From contig CALVXC010000001.1 in NCBI GenBank assembly GCA_944368805.1, forward strand, positions 7,885 through 71,884: a stretch of DNA of 64,000 bases, in the 5' to 3' direction. How positions within the stretch are numbered: the first letter of the stretch is position 1; the number at the start of each line of letters is the position of its first letter. The translations under genes and the position numbers were made by a program. Positions 17,903 to 27,506 of this stretch are shown here, piece by piece. This stretch comes from an uncultured Bacilli bacterium (GTDB taxonomy: Bacteria > Bacillota_I > Bacilli_A > RF39 > UBA660). The notes below the pieces were generated by a model, which was given only the letters and a program-made list of their open reading frames with translations, ran no database searches and was not told where the DNA came from.

Positions 17903-18439
17903 GTGGCACTTTATAAAGAAATTGTTACTAAAGCTATCGTTGGTAAAGGGAAAAAATATTTTAAGAACAGTTATACCTTGGAAACAGAAGAACAACCAAC
18001 GACAGTATTGGGTTGTTGGGTAATCAATCATAAATTTAAAGGTTATAAATCAAAAGATAGAATTGGCGTTGACGGATCATATGATGTTAATATTTGGTAT
18101 TCATATGATAATGATTCTAAAACGACAGTTGTTAATAAAAAAATTGATTACAATGACTTGTTTAATGTAAAAGTTCGTAGTAATGCTGATTTAAGCGGTG
18201 ATACAGATATTATTGTTAGAACTTTGTCGCAACCTAATTGTAGTAAAGTTGAAATTGGGGAAAATGGTGTTATCAATTTCGATATTGAAAAAGAATTAGG
18301 TGTAGAATTAGTTGGTGAAACGAAAATGAAAATAGCTATCGAGGAAGATGAAGAACCTTGGGAGGAACTTGATGATGATGTTACCGATGAGGTTTTAGAA
18401 GAAATCGATAAAGACGTTAAAGAAGATTATATCGATTAG
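17903..18439 (+). CDS. cotE: outer spore coat morphogenetic protein CotE-like
   Basis: GTG start 17903 after 'gaggaggg'. 'ALYKEIVTKAIVGKGKKYF...LGCWVINHKF...DGSYDVNIWYSY...SQPNCSKVEI...LVGETKM' follows B. subtilis CotE block by block, plus an acidic C-terminal tail. The miaB-(x)-cotE synteny recalls Bacillus ymcB-cotE. Confidence 0.6.
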   Translation: MALYKEIVTKAIVGKGKKYFKNSYTLETEEQPTTVLGCWVINHKFKGYKSKDRIGVDGSYDVNIWYSYDNDSKTTVVNKKIDYNDLFNVKVRSNADLSGDTDIIVRTLSQPNCSKVEIGENGVINFDIEKELGVELVGETKMKIAIEEDEEPWEELDDDVTDEVLEEIDKDVKEDYID

Positions 18440-18525
18440 TGTCAACTTTGTTGGCGCTTTTTTATAGAAAAATATTGTCATATTAATAATTTAAATTAAT
18501 ATTATATACTGTCAACCAATTAGTG

Positions 18526-18554
18526 TTGACAGCGTTTGTTTTTTATGATAAGAT
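18526..18554 (+). promoter_or_regulatory. rpsP promoter (TTGACA-17-TGaTAAGAT) overlapped by a 7-bp inverted repeat tgtcaac/gttgaca
   Basis: -35 at 18526-18531 and extended -10 at 18546-18554. IR arms at 18510-18516 and 18525-18531. Confidence 0.5.
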
Positions 18555-18579
18555 ATACATACTGAAATGGAGGAGAGTT

Positions 18580-18861
18580 ATGGCAGTTAAATTAAGATTA
18601 AAAAGAATGGGCGCTAAAAAAAGACCGTTTTATCGTGTTGTAGCTGCTGATTCAAGATCACCACGTGATGGTCGTTTTATTGAAACAATTGGTACTTATA
18701 ATCCAATTGCTAATCCAGCAGAAGTTAAAATTGATGAACAATTAGCTTTAAAATGGTTAAATAATGGCGCTATTCCTACTGATACTGTAAGAGATTTATT
18801 TAGTAAACAAGGCATTATGAAAAAATTTCATGATTCTAAAATGACTAAGAAAGAAAAATAA
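18580..18861 (+). CDS. rpsP: 30S ribosomal protein S16
   Basis: ATG 18580 after 'ggaggag'. '[35 protein letters not shown]' is canonical S16. Confidence 0.95.
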   Translation: MAVKLRLKRMGAKKRPFYRVVAADSRSPRDGRFIETIGTYNPIANPAEVKIDEQLALKWLNNGAIPTDTVRDLFSKQGIMKKFHDSKMTKKEK

Positions 18862-19106
18862 TGAATTTAGTAGAATTAACTGAATATTTAGTTAAAAACG
18901 TTGCTAAAGAACCAGAAATGGTATCAGTACGCCAATTTGATGATGAAGATGATTATATTATCATTCAAGTTATGATTGATAATGGTGATATGGGAGCAGT
19001 TATTGGTCGTGGTGGTAAAATCGCTAATGCGATTAGAACGATTGTTCAAGCTGCTGCTTATATTAATGGCGAAAAAAAAGTTAGAATTAATATCGATTCT
19101 TTTTAA
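18861..19106 (+). CDS. KH-domain RNA-binding protein (YlqC/UPF0109 family)
   Basis: 81 aa with GxxG KH motif 'VIGRGGKIANAIR'. Conserved position after rpsP. Confidence 0.8.
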   Translation: MNLVELTEYLVKNVAKEPEMVSVRQFDDEDDYIIIQVMIDNGDMGAVIGRGGKIANAIRTIVQAAAYINGEKKVRINIDSF

Positions 19107-19137
19107 AAGACAAGTCCTTGTCTTTTTTCTTTACATT
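19077..19137 (+). repeat. 62-bp direct repeat, copy 1 (3' end of the KH gene plus its terminator)
   Basis: Identical to 20652-20712 over about 61 nt: aaagttagaattaatatcgattctttttaaaagacaagtccttgtcttttttctttacatt. Confidence 0.9.
19106..19130 (+). terminator. intrinsic terminator (aaagacaag-tcc-cttgtcttt plus T-run)
   Basis: 9-bp stem plus T6. Part of the duplicated 62-bp segment. Confidence 0.7.
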
Positions 19138-19895
19138 CTGTAATAATGTTAATATTTTCATCTTTAATATTTAATAAATTTAGTATATAATTATTAATAG
19201 ACATAAGTTTGTTCATTTTAATGTTTATAGTTCAATTACATTGTATTAACTTATGTCGTTTTTATTAAATAAAAATAGCATTGGTAAAATCTATCCATTA
19301 ACACTACTTATAATACAACAAGTTTGTGTATTTACACAAGGCGATCCAAATACATTGAATATTTCTATAAGTCCTTGTTTATTTGATTTAGAAACTGCTG
19401 GTTATAATTCAGTTATGTAAGATTATTTGACAATGTTAATTTAATTTTAGTTTATGATAATTATTTTTGCTCTAAATATCATTTAAGTTTATATCACAAT
19501 CATTAAATATCTATTAAAAATTTAAATAAGTTTAAATCTAAACTTGATGTTAAATATTCAGATGATTCTATAATTATGAATATATGTATCAAAACTAGTA
19601 AAATCAGAAAAGAATATATAATGAAATATATAAGAATATTGAAAAAAAACAATATTAAGATAGAAGATAGTATTAGATATTTTATTGTAATGAGACTATT
19701 GTGTGTTTTTGATATTAGAACTATGGATAAAGATGATTATTTTTATAGCTTTTATTTAGTTCATTATTTTTATATGCATACAAATAATATTAATTATAAA
19801 AAGTTGAAAAAAATGGTGAAAAGTTATAATTAATTAAAATTTAATAAAAAGATTGAATTGTTAATTATTATATATATTGGAAGGAGAGTTTTGAA

Positions 19896-20315
19896 ATGAG
19901 AAAAGAAAATATAAGGGTTAGAGGAATTATAGTAGATAATAATGAACTTGTTGTTATTAAAAGAATTAAACCTGATAGAATATATTATGTTTTTCCGGGA
20001 GGTGGATTGGAAAAATCTGATAAAGATCAAATTCAATGTGTTCGTAGAGAAATTCTGGAAGAATTAGGGGTAATAGTTGATGTTGGAAAATTAAAATTTG
20101 AATTAGAAGAAAACAATGTACTTAGTTTGTTTTATGAGTGCAAAATAATTGATGGGATAATTGGTACAGGAAATGGTCCTGAATATTCCAGTAATGCTAG
20201 AATTACTAATGGGGAATATATTCCTATGAAAATTCCTATAAACAATCTTGATAAGATTAATCTTTTTCCAATTGAAGCAAAAAAATTTATTATTGAAAAT
20301 TATGGCTTTTCTTAG
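19896..20315 (+). CDS. NUDIX hydrolase
   Basis: Nudix box 'GGGLEKSDKDQIQCVRREILEELGV' (GX5EX7REUXEEXGU). RBS 'ggaaggagag'. Lies inside the repeat-flanked insertion. Confidence 0.8.
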   Translation: MRKENIRVRGIIVDNNELVVIKRIKPDRIYYVFPGGGLEKSDKDQIQCVRREILEELGVIVDVGKLKFELEENNVLSLFYECKIIDGIIGTGNGPEYSSNARITNGEYIPMKIPINNLDKINLFPIEAKKFIIENYGFS

Positions 20316-20651
20316 AAAAAAAGTATAGGTAATTTATGAAATTAATATAACATTTAATGGTAATGATGTTGTGGAAAATTATTCAACATCTTGAAAAAGG
20401 AATACGGTAATGTTATTTATTTTATAAATGATATTTCTACTTTTGATATTTTTTCAAATAATAAAGGAAGTGGCTTTTTCCAAATTTAATATTAATCGTA
20501 TTTTAAATGAGCCAAATAATTTACAACAATTTAAAAAAGAATTTATTCTTTATAATGAATTTGTATTTGATTACATTGAAAAAATTCACGTGAAAGATTT
20601 ATCTGTTATAAGAACCATATTTTGAAAATTTTAGGAAATATTAAATTACTA

Positions 20652-20712
20652 AAAGTTAGAATTAATATCGATTCTTTTTAAAAGACAAGTCCTTGTCTTT
20701 TTTCTTTACATT
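20652..20712 (+). repeat. 62-bp direct repeat, copy 2
   Basis: Same sequence as 19077-19137. The two copies bracket a 1.5 kb AT-rich segment carrying a NUDIX gene. Confidence 0.9.
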
Positions 20713-20763
20713 TTTAGTTGTATAAATAACAAAAATATATTATAATATTAATGAGGTTTGAAT

Positions 20764-21456
20764 ATGGAAGATAAATTAAAAATACCTAATCATGTAGGAC
20801 TTATTATGGACGGAAATGGAAGATGGGCTACTTCAAAAGGTCTATCAAGAAGTGAAGGACATAAAGCTGGTTATTTAAATTTAGAAAAACTAAATAAATA
20901 TATCTTTAAAAAAGGTGTTAACGTTTTAAGTATATATGCTTTATCAACCGATAACTTTAAACGTCCTAAACAAGAAATTAATTATATAATAAATTTATTT
21001 TTAAATAACTTTTTTAAAGAAAAGGATTTTTATCAAAAAAACAATATTAAAGTAGTTTTTTCAGGAAGAAGAAATCATTTTAGTGAAAAAGTTTTAAAAG
21101 CTATGGATGATATTGTTGAACAAACAAAAAACAATACAAGCGCTATATTTAATATTTGTTTTGATTATAGTTCTAGAAACGAAATTATAGATGCTTTAGA
21201 AAAAATAAAAGAAGATAATATTAATAATTTAGATCAAGAAACTTTTAATAAATATTTATATCATGATTTGCCACCAATCGATTTACTTATTAGAACAAGT
21301 GGTGAACAACGATTAAGTGATTTTATGTTATGGCAAGTAGCTTATGCTGAATTTTATTTTCCTAAAACAATGTTTCCTGATTTTGACGAAAAAGAATTTG
21401 ATTTAGCTATTTTAGAATACAATAAACGTAATAGAAAATTTGGAGGTATAAAATGA
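20764..21456 (+). CDS. uppS: undecaprenyl-diphosphate synthase
   Basis: 'HVGLIMDGNGRWA' and 'SGEQRLSDFMLWQ' motifs. ATG 20764 after 'gagg'. Confidence 0.9.
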   Translation: MEDKLKIPNHVGLIMDGNGRWATSKGLSRSEGHKAGYLNLEKLNKYIFKKGVNVLSIYALSTDNFKRPKQEINYIINLFLNNFFKEKDFYQKNNIKVVFSGRRNHFSEKVLKAMDDIVEQTKNNTSAIFNICFDYSSRNEIIDALEKIKEDNINNLDQETFNKYLYHDLPPIDLLIRTSGEQRLSDFMLWQVAYAEFYFPKTMFPDFDEKEFDLAILEYNKRNRKFGGIK

Positions 21457-22250
21457 AAACAAGAATTATCAGTGCGATTGTCGCTTTAGCTATTTTAGTT
21501 CCTATATTTTTATACGGAGGTATGATTTTCAATATTACTATTTATATTTTAGGAATTTTAGCTTTAAAAGAATTTTTAGGTGTTAAAAATAATAAAAAAG
21601 AAATCCCTAATTTTATTAAATTTATTTCATATATTTTATTAACCATAATAATGCTTTTAAATACTAACAAAACTGATGTTTTTACGATGGATTATAGATT
21701 AGTAGCTGGTTTATTTATTATGTTTTTAATACCAACTGTTTTATACCATGATCGTAAAAAATTCAGTGTAAATGATGCCTTTTATTTAATCGGTGGTATT
21801 TTCTTTATTTCGATATCTATGTCATTATTTATTTTAATCAGAGAAACTAGTTTAAATATATTAATCTATTTATTTCTTATATCGATTATGACCGATACTT
21901 TTGCTTACTTTACTGGTATTTTAATTGGTAAACATAAATTATTAGAAGTAATTTCCCCTAAAAAAACCTGGGAGGGTATGATTGGTGGAACAGTTTTTGG
22001 AACATTTATTGGGGTAATGTTTTACGTAGTTGTTATTAATCCAGAAGTTTCATTACCACTTATTATTGGAACAACTTTATTCTTATCAATTATTGGTCAA
22101 TTTGGCGATTTAATCTTCTCAGCCATTAAAAGATATTTTAACACCAAAGACTTTTCTAACCTTATGCCAGGACATGGTGGAATATTAGATCGTTTTGATA
22201 GTATTATTTTCATTATGTTAGGTTTTATGTTTTTTATTAATATGTTATAA
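21453..22250 (+). CDS. cdsA: phosphatidate cytidylyltransferase
   Basis: Polytopic membrane protein. C-terminal 'PGHGGILDRFDS' CTP-transferase signature. 4-nt overlap with uppS. Confidence 0.85.
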   Translation: MKTRIISAIVALAILVPIFLYGGMIFNITIYILGILALKEFLGVKNNKKEIPNFIKFISYILLTIIMLLNTNKTDVFTMDYRLVAGLFIMFLIPTVLYHDRKKFSVNDAFYLIGGIFFISISMSLFILIRETSLNILIYLFLISIMTDTFAYFTGILIGKHKLLEVISPKKTWEGMIGGTVFGTFIGVMFYVVVINPEVSLPLIIGTTLFLSIIGQFGDLIFSAIKRYFNTKDFSNLMPGHGGILDRFDSIIFIMLGFMFFINML

Positions 22251-22261
22251 AAGGAGAGAAT

Positions 22262-23278
22262 ATGACACTAATATATTTTATTTTAATTTTAGGAGTGACC
22301 ATTTTTATTCATGAATTCGGTCATTTCTTATTTGCTAAAAAAGCCAAAATTCATTGTTATGAATTTTCTTTAGGTATGGGACCTAGAATTTTTAAGTTCA
22401 ATCGTAAAAACGATGAAACAGATTATTGTCTTAGACTATTTCCAATCGGGGGATATGTTTCAATGGCTGGGGAACAAATTGAAGTTGATGATAAAGTTCC
22501 TAAAGAAAATCAAATGTTAAATAAACCATGGCACTCTAGATTTTTAACGATTGTAGCTGGAGTAATGTTCAATTTTATATTTGCTATTTTACTTCTTTTT
22601 ATTGTTGGCTTAATTAACGGTGTATCAACTAATAAACCAATTATTGGTCAAGTAGTAGAAAATAGTCCAGCTTATGAAGCTGGCTTACAAAAAGGCGATT
22701 TAATAACTGAAATTAACGGGAAAAAAGTTGGTTCAATCGATCATTTTTTATTAGAAATGCAAGTTAATACCGGTGATGAAATATCTTTAGTAACTGATAA
22801 AGGTAAAAAAATTCAAATAACACCTAGCAAAGAAGAAGAAAGTTATACTTATGGTTTTGCTATGGATGCTAGTAAGGAATATGGTGTTGTTGCTTCAATA
22901 AAATACGCTTTTACTAAATTCTTTGGTTTAATTGGTCAAATGGCTTTAATTATTGGCTATTTAATTACCGGTACTTTAAGTTTAAATAATTTAGCCGGTC
23001 CAGTTGGTATTTATAGTATTGTTGGTGAGAGTGCACAAGCTGGTTTTGTTAATTTAATTTATTTAACAGCTTTATTAAGTATTAATGTTGGGTTTTTAAA
23101 TTTTCTACCTATTCCAGCTTTTGATGGGGGACGTTTACTTTTCTTAATAATTGAAAAAATAAAAGGTAGCCCTGTTAATCCTAAGGTTGAAAACATTATT
23201 CATAGTATCGGTTTTATTTTATTAATGATTTTAATGATTGCTGTTACATATAACGATATTATTAGATTAATCAAATAG
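22262..23278 (+). CDS. rseP: RIP site-2 zinc metalloprotease RseP/RasP
   Basis: HEFGH zinc motif at the N-terminus, one PDZ domain, C-terminal 'NFLPIPAFDGGR' (LDG motif). Confidence 0.85.
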   Translation: MTLIYFILILGVTIFIHEFGHFLFAKKAKIHCYEFSLGMGPRIFKFNRKNDETDYCLRLFPIGGYVSMAGEQIEVDDKVPKENQMLNKPWHSRFLTIVAGVMFNFIFAILLLFIVGLINGVSTNKPIIGQVVENSPAYEAGLQKGDLITEINGKKVGSIDHFLLEMQVNTGDEISLVTDKGKKIQITPSKEEESYTYGFAMDASKEYGVVASIKYAFTKFFGLIGQMALIIGYLITGTLSLNNLAGPVGIYSIVGESAQAGFVNLIYLTALLSINVGFLNFLPIPAFDGGRLLFLIIEKIKGSPVNPKVENIIHSIGFILLMILMIAVTYNDIIRLIK

Positions 23279-23287
23279 GAGGTTAGT

Positions 23288-24187
23288 ATGTTAAAAGTAG
23301 AGAATATAACAAAATATTATGGTGATTTTAAAGCTGTTGATAATTTATCTTTTACTGTTAAACCAGGCGAAATATTTGGACTTTTAGGATTAAATGGAGC
23401 AGGAAAAACAACAACTTTCAGAATGATTATGGGCCTTTTAAATCCGACTGAAGGGGAAATTACTTTAGATGGAAAAAAAATAGACTATAGTGTCAGTGAT
23501 AAAATCGGCTTTTTAACAGAAGAAAGAAGCCTATTAACTAAAATGACTGTTTTAGAACAAACTATTTTTTATGGAACTTTAAAAGGAATGAGTAAAGATA
23601 AAATAATCGAAAGATTAGATTATTTATTAGAAAGATTTGATATACCACAATATAAGAACAAAAAAATCAAAGAATTATCTAAAGGTAATCAACAAAAGAT
23701 TCAATTTATTAATGCAATAATTAATGAACCTAAATTACTTATTTTAGATGAACCTTTTGCTGGTTTAGATCCTTTAAATGTTGAATTGTTTAAACGTGAA
23801 ATTGTCACAATGGCTAATAAAGGAAGTATGATTATTTTTTCATCACATAGAATGGAACATGTTGAATTATTTTGTAAAAAATTAGTTATTTTAGTAGCGG
23901 GTAAATCAGTTATTGAAGGTTATTTAAAAGATATTAAAGAAGATTATCGTAAAAAGAATATTTTTGTTAAAGGGAATATTGATTTAGATTTAATTAAAAA
24001 AATAAAAGGCGTTAATGAAGTTATTGATAAAGCTGATGAAATTGAAATTAAAATTGCTGGTAAAGAAATAATTGATGATGTATTTAAAGTTGTTAGTAAG
24101 GGTAGTAATATAACTAAATTTGTTGTTGAAGAAGCATCTTTAAATGAAATTTTTGTAGCGAAAGTAGGTGAAAGCTATGAAAAGTAA
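23288..24187 (+). CDS. ABC transporter ATP-binding protein (ABC-2/NatA-like)
   Basis: Walker A GLNGAGKTT, signature 'LSKGNQQK', Walker B 'LILDEP'. Confidence 0.8.
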   Translation: MLKVENITKYYGDFKAVDNLSFTVKPGEIFGLLGLNGAGKTTTFRMIMGLLNPTEGEITLDGKKIDYSVSDKIGFLTEERSLLTKMTVLEQTIFYGTLKGMSKDKIIERLDYLLERFDIPQYKNKKIKELSKGNQQKIQFINAIINEPKLLILDEPFAGLDPLNVELFKREIVTMANKGSMIIFSSHRMEHVELFCKKLVILVAGKSVIEGYLKDIKEDYRKKNIFVKGNIDLDLIKKIKGVNEVIDKADEIEIKIAGKEIIDDVFKVVSKGSNITKFVVEEASLNEIFVAKVGESYEK

Positions 24188-25490
24188 ACTTGGTTTTCTA
24201 ACAAGTGTCAGTTTAAAAAGAAAAATTAAAACTAAATGGTTTTTGGCAGCTAATATTTTATTAGCTATAGTTATTATTGGTATAGCTAATATCGATAGTA
24301 TTATTAATTTCTTTGGTGGTGATTTTGATTCCAAAGATAAAATTTATGTTATCGATAATACTAATAATTCATATGATATTTTTCAAACCCAATTAAATGA
24401 AGCAAGTGAAAGTTTTGATAATGAGGGCCGTTTTGAAGTTGTTAAATATGAAAAAAGTGTTGAAGAAGGAAAAAAACTTATTGAAGAAGATGATAAAAAC
24501 ATCGTTTTAGTTTTAAATGATGATACTGAAAACACCCTAGCAGCCACTTTAATTACTGACGGTTATATTGATACAATCGATTATCAATTAATTAATACAG
24601 CTATTAATAATACCAAAACATCTTTAGCTATTATGAATTCTAGTATTTCACCTGAAGAATTAGCTAGTATTTATAATCCGATTGAAGTTGATCGTGTTTA
24701 TTTAGACGAAAGTAAAAAATCGGAAAGTGAAAACGCTGAAATGTTATTAACAACAGTTTTTCCAGTTATTATTCTACCATTTTTCATGTTGACTATTTTT
24801 CTAGTCCAAATGATTGGAGCTGAAGTTAATGATGAAAAATCAACAAGAGGAATGGAAATAATTATTTCTAACGTTTCACCAGTTACGCATTTCTTTTCTA
24901 AAGTAATAGCTGGTAATTTATTTGTATTATTACAAGGACTATTATTAGTTATTTATGGTGGAGTTGGAATATTAATTAGAAAATTAACTACGCAAGAAAG
25001 CTTATTATCTAAATTAGGTAGTGAATTAAATATTGATATATCTAATATTTTACAAAATGGTTTTGGTGATAATTTAGTTTATTTTATTATTGTATCTTTA
25101 ATTTTAATGCTTTTAACTTTTATAGCTTATGCTTTATTAGCTGGTGTTTTAGCATCGATGACTACTAATATTGAAGATTTTCAACAACTACAAACACCAA
25201 TTATGATTATTTCACTTATCGGTTTTTATTTAGCCATGAGCGCTAATTTATTTGAAGGGTCAATATTTATTAAAGTAGTTTCTTATATTCCACTTATTTC
25301 TGCTATTTTATCGCCATCGTTATTAATTTTAGGTCAAATTGGTTTAGTTGATATTTTAATTTCAATTGGCTTAATGATTGTTACCATTTTCTTATTAATT
25401 AAATATGGATTGAGAATTTATAAAGCAGGAATATTAAATTATTCATCAAATGGTTTATGGAAGAAAATGTTTAAAGCCTTAAAAGAATAG
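24168..25490 (+). CDS. ABC-2 family transporter permease
   Basis: 440 aa. N-terminal TM, large extracytoplasmic domain, then a 5-6 TM bundle. Overlaps the ATPase gene. Confidence 0.65.
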   Translation: MKAMKSKLGFLTSVSLKRKIKTKWFLAANILLAIVIIGIANIDSIINFFGGDFDSKDKIYVIDNTNNSYDIFQTQLNEASESFDNEGRFEVVKYEKSVEEGKKLIEEDDKNIVLVLNDDTENTLAATLITDGYIDTIDYQLINTAINNTKTSLAIMNSSISPEELASIYNPIEVDRVYLDESKKSESENAEMLLTTVFPVIILPFFMLTIFLVQMIGAEVNDEKSTRGMEIIISNVSPVTHFFSKVIAGNLFVLLQGLLLVIYGGVGILIRKLTTQESLLSKLGSELNIDISNILQNGFGDNLVYFIIVSLILMLLTFIAYALLAGVLASMTTNIEDFQQLQTPIMIISLIGFYLAMSANLFEGSIFIKVVSYIPLISAILSPSLLILGQIGLVDILISIGLMIVTIFLLIKYGLRIYKAGILNYSSNGLWKKMFKALKE

Positions 25491-25510
25491 TAAAATCTAT
25501 TCTTTTTTTA
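25478..25510 (+). terminator. intrinsic terminator (aagaatag-taaaatc-tattcttttttt)
   Basis: 8-bp stem plus T7 at the end of the ABC operon. Confidence 0.55.
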
Positions 25511-25536
25511 TTGTTTATGATATAATTATTATAAGT

Positions 25537-25621
25537 GCAAGAGTGGTGGAATAGGTAGACACGCAAGCTTGAGGGGCTTGTGAGTTATCTCGTGTGGGTT
25601 CAAGTCCCATCTCTTGCACCA
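25537..25621 (+). tRNA. tRNA-Leu (anticodon GAG), class II with long variable arm, CCA encoded
   Basis: Acceptor stem gcaagag/ctcttgc, D-arm ggtg-gaatAggtag, anticodon stem caagc/gcttg with loop ttGAGgg, long variable arm, T-arm gtggGTTCAAGtcccat, 3' 'a cca'. A '-10' tataat lies upstream. Confidence 0.85.
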
Positions 25622-25666
25622 AATTAAATAAAATACACAGTGATTGTTCAAAAATTATTAAGAAAA

Positions 25667-25705
25667 AAATGCACAACATTTTGAAATAATGTGCATTTTT
25701 ATTTA
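25667..25705 (+). terminator. intrinsic terminator after the tRNA (atgcaca...tgtgcat plus T5)
   Basis: 7-bp stem followed by tttttattt. Confidence 0.55.
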
Positions 25706-25864
25706 CTTAAAATCTCTATTTTAAAGTATAAATTATAAATATTTAATATTTATGTATTAATAATGTAATTGAAAAATTGTTAAAAACATTCCAAAGTCGT
25801 CTTTATAATTGTTTAAAATTAAAATGTTGTAAATAATTTAATTTTAACTAAAGAAGTAAAAATA

Positions 25865-26327
25865 TTACCACTTTTTCTTACAATTCATTAATTCTGAAAT
25901 ATATCCAGTTAAACAATGAATAGATAGGATAAATGCGTATAATAAAATATAAATAATAAATGCAATGATACTTCTTTTTTCTAATTTACAATCGATTTCT
26001 TTTAATGTATTTTTTCTTCTAATTTCAATTATTAAACAAAGTAGTAATCCCATTGGAATTACAAGTAAAGATATTAAACCAATTAATAATGGATTTCCTA
26101 AAATCAAAAAAATTAGTCCAAGTGGTACAAAAATAAGAAGCGCAAGGTCGATAAATGGGAAAAATAAATTTAAACCCTGGAACTAAAGCTATAAATATTA
26201 CTAGATAAAAAGCTAAAAAATATCCTAAATAACATGCTATATCATTGATCCAATTAATATTTATTCCGATTGTACAAATAAAATATAATAGGGCAGTCAT
26301 AATTGATATTAAAAACATTTTTTTCAC
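25865..26327 (-). pseudogene. small polytopic membrane protein gene interrupted by a frameshift in a T/A homopolymer region (about 26150-26185)
   Basis: ORFs 26025-26327(-) and 25865-26107(-) overlap in different frames. Both are strongly hydrophobic (MKKMFLISIMTALLYFICTIG...; LLIGLISLLVIPMGLLLCLII...). The joining region contains runs (ttttttt, attttt). Confidence 0.4.
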
Positions 26328-26384
26328 CTCATAGTATCATATGATGATTATTCAAAAATGGTATAGTGTCAAAGAAAGAATAAA

Positions 26385-27203
26385 ATGAATATGATAAATA
26401 GAGGTGAATTAAAATTGAACATAAAAAAAATAACAATAGTATTTTTAATCATTATTATTTTAATTATTAGTGGGTTAATTTTTAAATATTATAAATACAA
26501 TCAAAGAGAAAACATAAAAATTCCTATTTTACTTTATCATGATTTTGTATTAACAGTACCTGATAGTGATCCCGATAATTTTAATTATATAAATACTAAA
26601 GAAAGTTTTGAAGAAAATATAAAAACTTTTTTAAATAATGGTTATGAAATAATATCTATGAGTGAATTAGCTTCTTCTGATAGTGGTAAAATAGAATTAC
26701 CAAAAAAACCACTTTTAATAACTTTTGATGATGGATATTATAGTAATTATGAATATATTTATCCAATTTTAAAAAAATATAATGTAAAAGCTTCTATTTT
26801 TATAGTAACTGATAATATTGGCAAAGAAATAAATGGTAAAAAATACTTGGGGTGGGATGAATGTTTAGAAATGCAAAATAGTAACCTTGTAGAAATATTT
26901 AGTCATAGTAAAAAACATGTGTTTTACAATAAACTACCAGTTAGAGAAATACGTGATGATGTAAAAGAATCCTATAAAATCATCGAACAACATTTAGGTA
27001 AAAAAGATTTAAAAGCTTTTGCCTATCCTTATGGAGCATATACAAATGAAACAGTACGTGCTTTAAAAAATAATGGTATTGATTTTCAAATATATGATAT
27101 TGGAATAAATAACTTTAAAGATTTTGATAAAGATTACATCAGAAGAATTAATATTCCTTGTGAAATGACTGGTAAAGAAATTATAGATCAAATAGAAAGT
27201 TAA
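26385..27203 (+). CDS. polysaccharide deacetylase (NodB homology domain), membrane-anchored
   Basis: N-terminal TM then 'LLITFDDGYYSNYEYIYPILKKYNVKASIFIV' (TFDDG motif 1 of the CE4 family). Confidence 0.8.
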   Translation: MNMINRGELKLNIKKITIVFLIIIILIISGLIFKYYKYNQRENIKIPILLYHDFVLTVPDSDPDNFNYINTKESFEENIKTFLNNGYEIISMSELASSDSGKIELPKKPLLITFDDGYYSNYEYIYPILKKYNVKASIFIVTDNIGKEINGKKYLGWDECLEMQNSNLVEIFSHSKKHVFYNKLPVREIRDDVKESYKIIEQHLGKKDLKAFAYPYGAYTNETVRALKNNGIDFQIYDIGINNFKDFDKDYIRRINIPCEMTGKEIIDQIES

Positions 27204-27506
27204 AAAAAATTAAAAATTGAAAAAAATTATAAAAATTTATTAGTTAAATAAAAACATAATTAAACAAAAACTTTAGTTTGAGTTGAAATTATGTTTTTAA
27301 ATGGCAAACTATTTTTTTTAAATCCCTATAGACTATATGTAAAAATATAGATTTCTCATATCAATTTACTATCATTATTAGTCGTGATATAATATAAATA
27401 AAGTTTATATTAAAAAGCAACCAATATTATTACAATTGCAACTATAAATATATAGACTTTATTTTTAACTTATTATATAATTATACGATATTGAGGTGTT
27501 TAAGAA

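Noticed and set aside
19576-19833. 85-aa ORF (MNICIKTSKIRKEY...) and 65-aa ORF 20428-20625 in the repeat-flanked insertion
   Set aside because: Extremely AT-rich and low-complexity, with no RBS or domain, so probably non-coding. Not listed as CDS.
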